DNA of 64,000 bases from an uncultured Bacilli bacterium. Its GTDB lineage: Bacteria > Bacillota_I > Bacilli_A > RF39 > UBA660. The number at the start of each line of letters is the position of its first letter. The first letter of the stretch is position 1. The notes under the pieces are model-generated. The model made no database searches. It was given only the letters and a program-made list of their open reading frames with translations, and was not told the DNA's origin. Positions 10,162 to 19,424 of the stretch are shown here, piece by piece. A program made the position numbers and the translations under genes. The stretch covers positions 87,380 to 151,379 of the forward strand of contig CAKOSH010000002.1 of the NCBI GenBank assembly GCA_934102215.1. Reading direction: 5' to 3'.

Positions 10162-10997
10162 AGTTTGATCATGTAAGCTATGTAGTAAATGAATTTACAC
10201 CTCTTGAAAAAACTATATTGAATGATGTTTCTTTTAGTATGAAAGGTCCAGGAATATATGCAGTACTTGGCTCTTCTAATAGTGGTAAAACAGCAATAGG
10301 AGATTTAATTAATGCGTTACTTGTGCCAACTAAAGGTAGTGTTAAAATAGGTAGATTTACTAATAATGGAGTTAATAGAATAAAAAATATAGATAAACTT
10401 CGTTTTGATACAGGATATGTATATAAAAATCCATATGATATGTTCTTTAATAATACAGTTAAAAAAGAAATAGAATATGGAATGAAATACTTTAAATATA
10501 AATTAGAAAAAATAGATATGAGAGCAAGTGAAGCACTTAAACTTGTAAGTCTTGATGATAGTTATTTAGATATGAATCCTCAAGATTTATCATTTTGTGA
10601 TGCGAAAAAAGTAGCACTTGCATGCGCTCTTGTATATAATCCAAGCGTATTAATATTAGATGAATTTACCGCAGGACTCACATATAAAGATAAAAATGAA
10701 TTATTAAGATTACTTAGAATACTTAAAACTAAATATAAAAAAATGATAATATTACTTTCTAAAGATACAAGCTTTTGTTATCAAATAGCTGATTATGTAT
10801 ATCTTATGCATATGACTAAACTTGCTTGTGAAGGAGAAAAAGAAATATTAAATAACGTAGAAACATTAAAAGAACTTGATCTTGAAGTTCCACCAATAGT
10901 TGATTTTGTAAATGAATGTAATAAAAATGGACATGAAATATATCACTATACAACAACTCATGATTTAATTAAGGGGGTGTATAGAGATGTATTCTAG
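10152..10997 (+). CDS. ecfA2: ECF transporter ATPase component EcfA2
   Basis: Walker A GSSNSGKT and Walker B LILDEFT are present. The LSGGQ signature is degenerate (LSFCDAKK). The H-loop His appears replaced (LLSKDTS). Confidence 0.65.
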   Translation: MEIKFDHVSYVVNEFTPLEKTILNDVSFSMKGPGIYAVLGSSNSGKTAIGDLINALLVPTKGSVKIGRFTNNGVNRIKNIDKLRFDTGYVYKNPYDMFFNNTVKKEIEYGMKYFKYKLEKIDMRASEALKLVSLDDSYLDMNPQDLSFCDAKKVALACALVYNPSVLILDEFTAGLTYKDKNELLRLLRILKTKYKKMIILLSKDTSFCYQIADYVYLMHMTKLACEGEKEILNNVETLKELDLEVPPIVDFVNECNKNGHEIYHYTTTHDLIKGVYRDVF

Positions 10998-11742
10998 GAA
11001 TTCATTTGGTTCATATTATCCAATTGATTCTTCAGTACATAGACTAAATCCTATTATTAAATTAATTGATTTTCTTATAATAATATTTTTAGTTATATTT
11101 TGTAATTCATTATATATAAATTTATTTATGTTAGGACTTGTTATTATAATGATGTTACTTAGTTTTGTACCTTTGAAGTTTTATATAAATACTTTTTGGT
11201 CATTAAGATATATTTATATTTTGGTAGCATTTATATGTGCTAGTATGAGAATGAATATGAATGGTTATTTAACTATTCTTACTAAGATAGTTGTAGTAGT
11301 AGAATACTTAAATATAATAAGTTATACAACTTCTCCTAGTGAAAGTGCTTATGGAATAGAAAAGTTTCTAGCATGCTTCAATATATTATATTTACCAATA
11401 TCAGGACTTGCTTTTAAAATAAATTCAATGCTTAGATATGTTCCATTATATATGAATGTAGAATATAAAACTTTAAAGGCACAAGCTTCAAGAGGAATAG
11501 ATTATTATCATACTAATATTTTTGGAAGAATGTATGCTGTTATGAGTTTATATTTAAATGTACATAGACTTACAAGAAGAAAGAATAAAGAAATTGCTTT
11601 ATCAAGAGAACTTAAACTATTTAATTTAAGACGTTATAGAACTAATTATAGAACTAATAAAGTAGGTTTTTATGATATATTTTTTACAGCATTTCATATC
11701 TTATTAATACTTGCTTATTTAAAGGATAAAGGTGTAATATGA
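10987..11742 (+). CDS. ecfT: ECF transporter transmembrane component EcfT
   Basis: 251 aa, multi-TM. N-terminal YPIDSSVHRLNPIIKL is the characteristic EcfT/CbiQ start. Confidence 0.75.
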   Translation: MYSRNSFGSYYPIDSSVHRLNPIIKLIDFLIIIFLVIFCNSLYINLFMLGLVIIMMLLSFVPLKFYINTFWSLRYIYILVAFICASMRMNMNGYLTILTKIVVVVEYLNIISYTTSPSESAYGIEKFLACFNILYLPISGLAFKINSMLRYVPLYMNVEYKTLKAQASRGIDYYHTNIFGRMYAVMSLYLNVHRLTRRKNKEIALSRELKLFNLRRYRTNYRTNKVGFYDIFFTAFHILLILAYLKDKGVI

Positions 11743-12467
11743 GATATTTAATGAATATTACTTATGATGGAAGTAAGTTTTATGGATATCAAATTCAAAA
11801 GAATAAGATTACTATAGAAGGTGAACTAGAGAAAATAGTATCAATGATATTTAATGAAAATATTAATATAATAGGTACTTCTAGAACTGATAAAGGAGTA
11901 CATGCGATAAATCAATATTGTCATTTTGATAGTGATAAAAAGATGAATACTGATAGATTAAAACATAGTATAAATAGTTTAATAAATGATTCAATATATA
12001 TTAAGAATATAGTTATAGTAGATGATTTATTTCATTCAAGATATAACTGTATAAAGAAAGAATATATATATAAGATAAATATGAATGATTATGATCCTAT
12101 TAGTAAAGATTATATATATCAATATAATAAAAAGATAGCACGAGAATTATTAGATAAATTTATAAGTAAAGTAAGTGGTAAACATAATTATAAGAGTTTT
12201 ACTTCTGATAAGGATAAGAAATCTTATGAAAGAATAGTTAAAATAGATTATAAAATATCTAAAGGAATACTTTATTTAAGATTTGAATCAAGTGGTTTTT
12301 TAAGATATATGATTAGAAATATAGTAGGTCTTTTACTTGATATAAATGATGGTAAAAAGAGTATTAATGATATTGATGATATATTTAAGAGTGAAAATAG
12401 AGTAACACTAGGAGTATGTGCTAGTCCAGTAGGTCTTTATTTAAATAAAATTTATTTTAAAAAGTAA
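11739..12467 (+). CDS. truA: tRNA pseudouridine(38-40) synthase TruA
   Basis: NITYDGSKFYGYQIQ N-terminus with the catalytic-Asp region RTDKGVHA. Conserved position after ecfT. Confidence 0.85.
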   Translation: MRYLMNITYDGSKFYGYQIQKNKITIEGELEKIVSMIFNENINIIGTSRTDKGVHAINQYCHFDSDKKMNTDRLKHSINSLINDSIYIKNIVIVDDLFHSRYNCIKKEYIYKINMNDYDPISKDYIYQYNKKIARELLDKFISKVSGKHNYKSFTSDKDKKSYERIVKIDYKISKGILYLRFESSGFLRYMIRNIVGLLLDINDGKKSINDIDDIFKSENRVTLGVCASPVGLYLNKIYFKK

Positions 12468-12521
12468 TAGATATTTATTAGTATAAATGATATAATTTTT
12501 ATATAGTAAGGATGTGTGAAT

Positions 12522-13758
12522 ATGAAAGATAAGAAATATATTTATATTACATTAACAATAGTATTTTTAGTAGCTGCATTAGGTATATCTTATGCATAGT
12601 TTAATGCTGTTATAAAAGGTAATGATACTGCTAAAGAGCAGTCTGTTATAACAGGTAATTTAGAACTAACTTTTACTGATGACACTGAAGTTACATTACC
12701 AAATGCAGTACCAGGAGATTCTTATACAAAGACTATTTCAGTAAAGAATACAGGTACATTAGATGCAAGTTATAGTTTAGTATGGCAAGAGTTAACTAAT
12801 GAAATCACTAATGACGAATTAGTTATAGAAGCGACTTGTAAACGTTTAAATAGTTCTAATACAGAAGAAGGTACATGTGAAGCAATAGCTCAAACACCTA
12901 TTAAATCAAATACAATAAAAAAGAACATTTCAATAGAACCTTCTGTTACTCATGAATATACAATTAAAGTAACATTCTTAGATACAGGTAGTTTGCAAGA
13001 TTATAATAAAAAGAAATCATTTAGTGGAAAACTTGGAATTAATGAATATAATTTACCAACATCAGTATCATTTACTGAAGATTCATGGGAAACAATAGCA
13101 GAACTAGTTAAAGCGGGTAAAACAGATACTTATAATGTTGGAAATACTAAAACAATAGATATGGGAACTTATGGTATTCATACAGTACGTGTAGCAAATA
13201 AATCAACACCAAGTGAATGTTCTACTACTGGTTTTTCACAAAGTGCATGTGGATTTGTACTTGAATTTGCAGATATTATAACAACACATGCAATGAAAGA
13301 CTCTGCTACAAATAAAGGTGGATGGCCAGCAACATCAATGAGAACATTTGTAAACAATGATATATATATAATGCAATACCGGAAGAAATAAAGAATGCAA
13401 TAATAGATACAACAGTAGTATCAGGACACGGAAATGAAGATACAGAAAATTTTACATCAACTGATAAATTATATTTATTAGCGCCAAAAGAAATATATAC
13501 AGATTGGTCTGATAATTATGATGATGCAAGATATTTAACAAGAACATTAGATTGTTATATAGCTAAAGAAGTAACAACAAGTAACTATAGTGGAGCTATT
13601 AAAAATAATGAATCTAATGCTGATTATTGGTGGCTTCGTTCGGCACCTTGGCGTAGTAGCTATGACCAGAATTTCTATTGTGTAGGCAAAAATGGTAATT
13701 GGTGTGGACTCAGCGCAGATGATATTTATGGTGTTTCACCAGCATTCCGTATCGGATA
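12522..13758 (+). pseudogene. Disrupted paralog of the TasA/camelysin-like secreted protein at 52013-53245
   Basis: Homologous along its whole length to 52013-53245. In-frame TAG at 12597-12599 where the paralog has TAC (YAYFS vs YA*FN). A +2 frameshift falls in a (TA)5 tract near 13365, against (TA)4 in the paralog. Homology continues about 110 bp past the stop. Confidence 0.75.
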
Positions 13759-13893
13759 GTGTAAAAGAAATGTAAAGAAAGAATGGCGTACAATATTATT
13801 TTGGAGTACTAAAACTGATCCGACTAAAAAATAATAAAGTATGATGTATGTTATAAAAGAATAAAAACAAAATCATTGGAAATTTGAAATTTA

Positions 13894-13911
13894 GGTACTA
13901 GAAATAGTACC
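13894..13911 (+). terminator. Hairpin GGTACTA-GAAA-TAGTACC followed by a T-run
   Basis: Perfect 7-bp stem with a GAAA loop followed by TTTTATGTT. A near-identical hairpin sits at 19364-19381 and a related one at 51907-51924. Confidence 0.45.
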
Positions 13912-13954
13912 TTTTATGTTGTATAATTATCTATAGTATAGAGGTGTGTGTATT

Positions 13955-16900
13955 ATGAATAAAAAGGTTAAAATATTACTTATTGTTATATCTATAACAG
14001 TATTTTTTTATATTGGATATTATTTTATAAAAAGGGATAATAATTTAATTAATATAACTTCTTTATCTAAAGAATTTGTTGCTACTTATTATAATGAATT
14101 AAGTAAGAGTGATTCTAATGAAGAAAAAGATAATATGCTTATTGTAATTTCTCCTAAAAAAATAAAAAATACTTATGGTGCTTCTAATATTATTGAAGCT
14201 CCTAATAATCAATATATATTACAATATGATTCAAAAGAATTAAAAGATAAAGCATTGAATAAATTAAATAATGATAGGAATATTAAAAGTGTTGAAGAAA
14301 ATGAAACGATTGAATTATTTGAATCTAGTGGTACAAGTGAATTTAGTTATAATTCCTGGGGAATAGAAAAAATGTCATTAAATACCGCTAGTGATTTTGC
14401 TAATAGTCAAGAACTTAATAATGTTAATGTTGCAATAATTGATACTGGACTTGATGTTTTATTATTTAATAAATATTATTCTAGTAAACTAGCTGGAACA
14501 TATAATGTACTAGATAATTCAACTAGTTTAGAAGATACTGATGGACATGGAACACATATTGCTGGAACAATTGCTGAAAGTACACCAAATAATATAAAAA
14601 TATTACCAATTAAGGTTTCAACAAATGGTACAATGTATATAACTGATATTGTTGCTGCTATTAACTATATTGTCTATAACAAAAATGCTGATGTAATTAA
14701 TATGAGTTTTGGAAGTTATTATAATTCAGAATCTTTAGAACAAGCAATTATATCTGCAAATTCTAATAATGTTATTTGTGTTGCTGCTGCTGGAAATGAA
14801 AATACATCTAGGTTGAGTTATCCTGCATCATATGACACTACTATTTCAGTTTCATCTATAGATTCGGAATTAAATAAATCTAGTTTCTCTAATTATGGTT
14901 CAAAAATAACATTTACTGCTCCTGGAACAAACATAAAAAGTATTATGGGAAAAGATACAGATATTTCAATAAAAAATGGTAATAACGATGATGATGATCA
15001 TGAAATAATCAGTGGAACTTCAATGGCTACTCCCCATGTTGTAAGTGCAGTAGCAATATTAAAAAGTTATAATAAAAATTTAACTTTAGAGAATACAATT
15101 GATAATTTAAAAGAAAAAACAATTGATTTAGGAGATCCTGGTTGGGATAAATATTATGGATATGGTTTAATTTCATTTGAAAATGTTGAATTTTGTGATA
15201 AAACATATTGTGATGAATTTGGTATTTTTAAAGATGATAATAAACATATTACAGGATTTAAATTAAATGAATTAATCTTTACAAAATATAATTATTACTC
15301 AATAACTAATCTTTTAGCAAGTAAAATTAATATTACATATAATGATAATTCTAGTGAAATAATGTCATTAGGTGATATATCAAATTTAAAAATATTAAAT
15401 TATGATCCAAATTCTTCTCTTAAACAAACTGTAACATTAAATATTGATGATATCAATTTAGATATAGAAGTTACTAATCCAACAGATTATCTTTCTGGAT
15501 GGGAATATAATGTTTTAGAAGGCGATACAATTGAAATTACTGGTTATAAGAGTCATGATTTAAATATAAAGAAATTATATATTCCTGAAACGATTGATTA
15601 TAAAAATGTTATTTCATTTATAGATAATATTAAGTTTAGTGAGATAAGTCGTGATTTTGATAATTATGAATATTTATATTTACCTGAAAAATTTAATAAA
15701 ATAGGTGACTATAATTTTATAAATAGTAAAATTAAATATTTAGAAGGTGATAGTAAATCAGTAAGTGTTGGAAGTCATAGTTTTGAATCTAGTTCTATTA
15801 TTAAAATTGATATTCCAGTAAGTGATGTTTCTGATTACGCATTTAAAAATTGTTTGGAATTACTATATATAAATATAATTGGTAAATCAACATCAAAAAC
15901 TGCTACTATAGGTGACTATGCATTTTATAATTGTAAGAAATTAGAAAAAGTTTTATCTACAAGTGGCGCTAATACTATGTCATTAGGAAATTATGCATTT
16001 TATGATAATATATCTTTATCTACTTTTGAACTAGATATGCATGATAATATAGGTGAGTATGCATTTTATAATACACAGTCATTATTAGCATTAGAATTGG
16101 GTTATGCTTCTTCTTTTGGTAAATATGCTTTTTATGGTAGTGGTATTTATGAAATTGATCTTTCATATAGATTAGAAGAAATAAATGAATCAACTTTTGA
16201 AAACTGTAAAAATTTGCAAAAAGTTTCTTTTACTGCTGGAAAAATTGGTCCAAGAGCATTTTATAATTCAAATATTAAATATATTTCTTTTAGTGATGTT
16301 AATTATATAAGTGAGAATGCATTTGCGTATAATCCAATTAGTGATGGAAATACAACTGTAAGTGATTCAAAAGTTTATGATTATATCTTTGATGTCGGAA
16401 TATATGAAGTAGCAACAAATAAATTAATAATTGGTTTTTCCGGTAAATCTACTACAAAGAAAAGAGTTGAAATTCCTGATTACATAACTGAAATAGGAAA
16501 TTATGCTTTTACTGGAAATAGTGATTTAAAGGAAATAACAATACCTTCAAGTGTTACAAAAATAGGTGATTATGCGTTTATGGATTGCTATCAATTATCT
16601 AATGTATATTTGCTTGGTAATGATGTAACATTCGGAAGTGAAACATTTAAAAGATTATATGAAGGTGAAATTCAAAGTAACAATTTAAATATATATGTAT
16701 ATAAAGATTCACAAGCAAAACAACTTGTAGAAAATTATGGATTAAATTATAGACATTACGAACCGGATAAATATGAAATATTAAATATGAAAGATAAGTA
16801 TGTTGCTAAAAAATATATTACTGGTGAAGATGTTCCTGTTATTAAGTTAACTTATATTGAAAAAGAAGTAAGAGAAGAAATAGTCAGTGATGAAACATTC

Positions 16901-18205
16901 GCTAATGGTCCTATATCAACTGGTCATGCTTTAAATCTTGAATATGAAAATTCAAATTCTGGTCTTCAATATGGTGATACATATATTATTTTAAATATAA
17001 AAAATAGTTTGGGTTATGTTGTTGCTAGTGATGAGAAGGTTCCAATAGTAGTAGTAAAAGCAACTCCTGTATATACTATTCCTAAAAATATAACTGCAAA
17101 GATTGGACAAAAATTATCAGAAATAGTTCTTCCAGATAACTTTGAATGGATGGATAAAGATGAAATAATTAGTGAAATTGGAAGTGTTATTTATAAAGCA
17201 AAATATATTCCAAATGATACTAAAAATTATGAAATAGTTGAAAATATTGAAATACCTGTGTTGGTTGAAAGTTCAAAGACTATAATAATTCCAGATATAA
17301 GTATAAGTAATAAAACATATGATGGAACTAATAATATTAATGTTTCAAATATTAATATTACAAATTTAGATAAAAATGATTATAGTATTGTTAGTGCTAT
17401 TGCTGAAAATGTAAATGTCGGTGAACAAACAGCTGTAGTAAAATTAAGATTAACAGATGATAAATTTTTATTGTATAGTTTTGAAAATAATGAACAAGAA
17501 AGTGAATTTAGAATTTCATTTAATATTGATAAAGCAGATATTATTTTAGAAGATTTATCAAAAGATGTTCATGTTACTTATGATAATGATTATCATAGTA
17601 TTGATATTAATATCAAATCTAATTTAAATTTTGTTATAAAATATTGTGATGAAAATGGTGAATATAATTTTGATGATTTGCCTAAATATAAAGATATGGG
17701 TAGTTATATTATTAAATATAAAGTGTCTATTGATAATAATTATAATGATTATTATAGTCAAAAAACATTAACAATTAATGACAATGTAACATATATAATT
17801 GAAAAATATAGAGTTATTGAAGATTCACATTATATATCAAGAATTATGCCTAATACTACAAAAGATAAATTTACAAGCAATATTAAGCTTGGAACTGATT
17901 ATTCAGTTAATATTGAAACTATTAAATTAGAAGATAAAGATTTATTATATACAGGTTCTAAAACTAGTATATATAGAGGTTCTAATGTTTATGCTGATTA
18001 CATTAATATAGTAATAGGTGATATTGATGGAGATGCTGAAGTTACATCAAGTGATTTATTAAAAGTAAGACAACATTTAATTGGAACAAAAATACTTGGT
18101 GGAATATATTTATTATCAGCAGATATAGATGATGATGCTGAAATTACATCAAGTGATTTACTTAGAATAAGACAACATCTAATTGGAACAAAGGTAATTT
18201 CTTAA
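13955..18205 (+). CDS. Subtilisin-like serine protease (S8) with BspA-type leucine-rich repeats and a C-terminal double dockerin
   Basis: N-terminal TM/signal anchor. S8 catalytic triad motifs DTGLD, HGTHIAGTIA and GTSMATPHV. Central repeats of the IGDYAFYNC(K)KL type (LRR_5/BspA-like). C-terminus has two 22-residue Ca-binding dockerin-type repeats, GDIDGDAEVTSSDLLKVRQHLIG and ADIDDDAEITSSDLLRIRQHLIG. Start placed at the ATG at 13955 with a GAGGTG RBS. Confidence 0.8.
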   Translation: MNKKVKILLIVISITVFFYIGYYFIKRDNNLINITSLSKEFVATYYNELSKSDSNEEKDNMLIVISPKKIKNTYGASNIIEAPNNQYILQYDSKELKDKALNKLNNDRNIKSVEENETIELFESSGTSEFSYNSWGIEKMSLNTASDFANSQELNNVNVAIIDTGLDVLLFNKYYSSKLAGTYNVLDNSTSLEDTDGHGTHIAGTIAESTPNNIKILPIKVSTNGTMYITDIVAAINYIVYNKNADVINMSFGSYYNSESLEQAIISANSNNVICVAAAGNENTSRLSYPASYDTTISVSSIDSELNKSSFSNYGSKITFTAPGTNIKSIMGKDTDISIKNGNNDDDDHEIISGTSMATPHVVSAVAILKSYNKNLTLENTIDNLKEKTIDLGDPGWDKYYGYGLISFENVEFCDKTYCDEFGIFKDDNKHITGFKLNELIFTKYNYYSITNLLASKINITYNDNSSEIMSLGDISNLKILNYDPNSSLKQTVTLNIDDINLDIEVTNPTDYLSGWEYNVLEGDTIEITGYKSHDLNIKKLYIPETIDYKNVISFIDNIKFSEISRDFDNYEYLYLPEKFNKIGDYNFINSKIKYLEGDSKSVSVGSHSFESSSIIKIDIPVSDVSDYAFKNCLELLYINIIGKSTSKTATIGDYAFYNCKKLEKVLSTSGANTMSLGNYAFYDNISLSTFELDMHDNIGEYAFYNTQSLLALELGYASSFGKYAFYGSGIYEIDLSYRLEEINESTFENCKNLQKVSFTAGKIGPRAFYNSNIKYISFSDVNYISENAFAYNPISDGNTTVSDSKVYDYIFDVGIYEVATNKLIIGFSGKSTTKKRVEIPDYITEIGNYAFTGNSDLKEITIPSSVTKIGDYAFMDCYQLSNVYLLGNDVTFGSETFKRLYEGEIQSNNLNIYVYKDSQAKQLVENYGLNYRHYEPDKYEILNMKDKYVAKKYITGEDVPVIKLTYIEKEVREEIVSDETFANGPISTGHALNLEYENSNSGLQYGDTYIILNIKNSLGYVVASDEKVPIVVVKATPVYTIPKNITAKIGQKLSEIVLPDNFEWMDKDEIISEIGSVIYKAKYIPNDTKNYEIVENIEIPVLVESSKTIIIPDISISNKTYDGTNNINVSNINITNLDKNDYSIVSAIAENVNVGEQTAVVKLRLTDDKFLLYSFENNEQESEFRISFNIDKADIILEDLSKDVHVTYDNDYHSIDINIKSNLNFVIKYCDENGEYNFDDLPKYKDMGSYIIKYKVSIDNNYNDYYSQKTLTINDNVTYIIEKYRVIEDSHYISRIMPNTTKDKFTSNIKLGTDYSVNIETIKLEDKDLLYTGSKTSIYRGSNVYADYINIVIGDIDGDAEVTSSDLLKVRQHLIGTKILGGIYLLSADIDDDAEITSSDLLRIRQHLIGTKVIS

Positions 18206-18215
18206 GGAGGACGAA

Positions 18216-19364
18216 ATGAAGAAGTTAAATAAAATCATTACATTTATGTTAGTATTTATGCTGTTTGGACTTAATGTTCAGGCAGCAAGTGCTAATTTAT
18301 CTGTTAGTAAAAGTAGTATATATGTGGGTGATTCTTTTAATGTGACAGTTAAAGCAAATGGAGTAGCCGCATGGAATATTCATATTTCAGCAAGTGGTCC
18401 TGTTAGTGGTTGTAAGTTAGACCAAGCTGATGCTACTGCTGATGCACTCGATACAAACAAAACATTTAGTGTTACATGTAAATCAACTGGAGAAGGAACA
18501 ATAACTGTAACATTAAAGGGTGATGTTACTAGTAGCAGTGATGGTAAGCCAGTAAAACTATCTAGTAGTAAAACTGTAATTGTTAATAAAAAAACTACTA
18601 CAACTACGACTACTAAGAAAACAACTACAACAGCAAAGAAAACAACAACTACTAAAAAAGTAAATGACACAACTACTACAACAACAAAGAAAGTTACAAC
18701 TACACAAAAAGTAGAGAAAAATAATGATGCAACTCTTAAAAATATAACAGTTGATGGATATGACATTAAATTTAGTAGTAATACTTATGAATATACAATT
18801 AACGTTAAAAATAATGTTAATAAATTAAATTTAAATATATCTAAAAATAATGATAAATCTAATTATGAAATAATTGGAAATGATAAGTTAGTAGCTGGTG
18901 AAAATAATATAACAATTAAAGTTACTGCTGAAGATGGAACTGTAAAAGAATATAAAATTAAGGTTATTAAAGAAAAAGAAAATATTGTTTCCAATAATTT
19001 AACACTTAATAATATTAAAATAGATAATTATGAATTGAATTTCTATAAAGATAATTATGAGTACAATTTAAAAATAAATAATGAAGATAAATTAAATATA
19101 TCAGTAGATATAGATTCTAATTTAAAATACGAAATAAGCGGTAATACTAATTTAAAAAATGGTACTCAAATTATTATAAAAGTAACTGATTCAAATGAAG
19201 AAAGTATTTATAAAATAAATATTAAGAAAGATGAATCAAGTACTTTAAATATATGGATGATTATTTCAATAATATGTTTCATTATTATAATTGTATTATT
19301 AATTTTATATATTAAATTAAAGAATTATCATAAAAAAGAAGATATTGTTGTTATTAATGAATAG
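18216..19364 (+). CDS. Membrane-anchored surface protein with an N-terminal beta-sandwich (possibly cohesin/Ig-like) domain, Thr-rich linker and cadherin-like repeats
   Basis: Signal peptide MKKLNKIITFMLVFMLFGLNVQA. A roughly 100-aa domain (SIYVGDSFNVTVKANG...). A poly-Thr linker (TTTTTTTKKTTTT...). Three repeats of the type ATLKNITVDGYDIKFSSNTYEYTINV. C-terminal TM plus KLKNYHKKE tail. Confidence 0.6.
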   Translation: MKKLNKIITFMLVFMLFGLNVQAASANLSVSKSSIYVGDSFNVTVKANGVAAWNIHISASGPVSGCKLDQADATADALDTNKTFSVTCKSTGEGTITVTLKGDVTSSSDGKPVKLSSSKTVIVNKKTTTTTTTKKTTTTAKKTTTTKKVNDTTTTTTKKVTTTQKVEKNNDATLKNITVDGYDIKFSSNTYEYTINVKNNVNKLNLNISKNNDKSNYEIIGNDKLVAGENNITIKVTAEDGTVKEYKIKVIKEKENIVSNNLTLNNIKIDNYELNFYKDNYEYNLKINNEDKLNISVDIDSNLKYEISGNTNLKNGTQIIIKVTDSNEESIYKINIKKDESSTLNIWMIISIICFIIIIVLLILYIKLKNYHKKEDIVVINE

Positions 19365-19388
19365 GTACTAGAAATAGTACTTTTTCTT
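19364..19388 (+). terminator. Rho-independent terminator GGTACTA-GAAA-TAGTAC followed by TTTTTCTTTT
   Basis: Overlaps the TAG stop at 19362-19364. Same hairpin sequence as at 13894. Confidence 0.5.
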
Positions 19389-19424
19389 TTGATAAAGTGT
19401 TTACAATGTATGTTTAAATGTGAT

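Noticed and set aside
18380-18766. Minus-strand ORF (128 aa, V/F-rich) and an apparent tandem ACT/ACA repeat
   Set aside because: It is the reverse complement of the poly-Thr linker region of the scaffold protein gene. The repeat is codon-level low complexity (ACT ACA ACT), not a CRISPR array or a non-coding tandem repeat.
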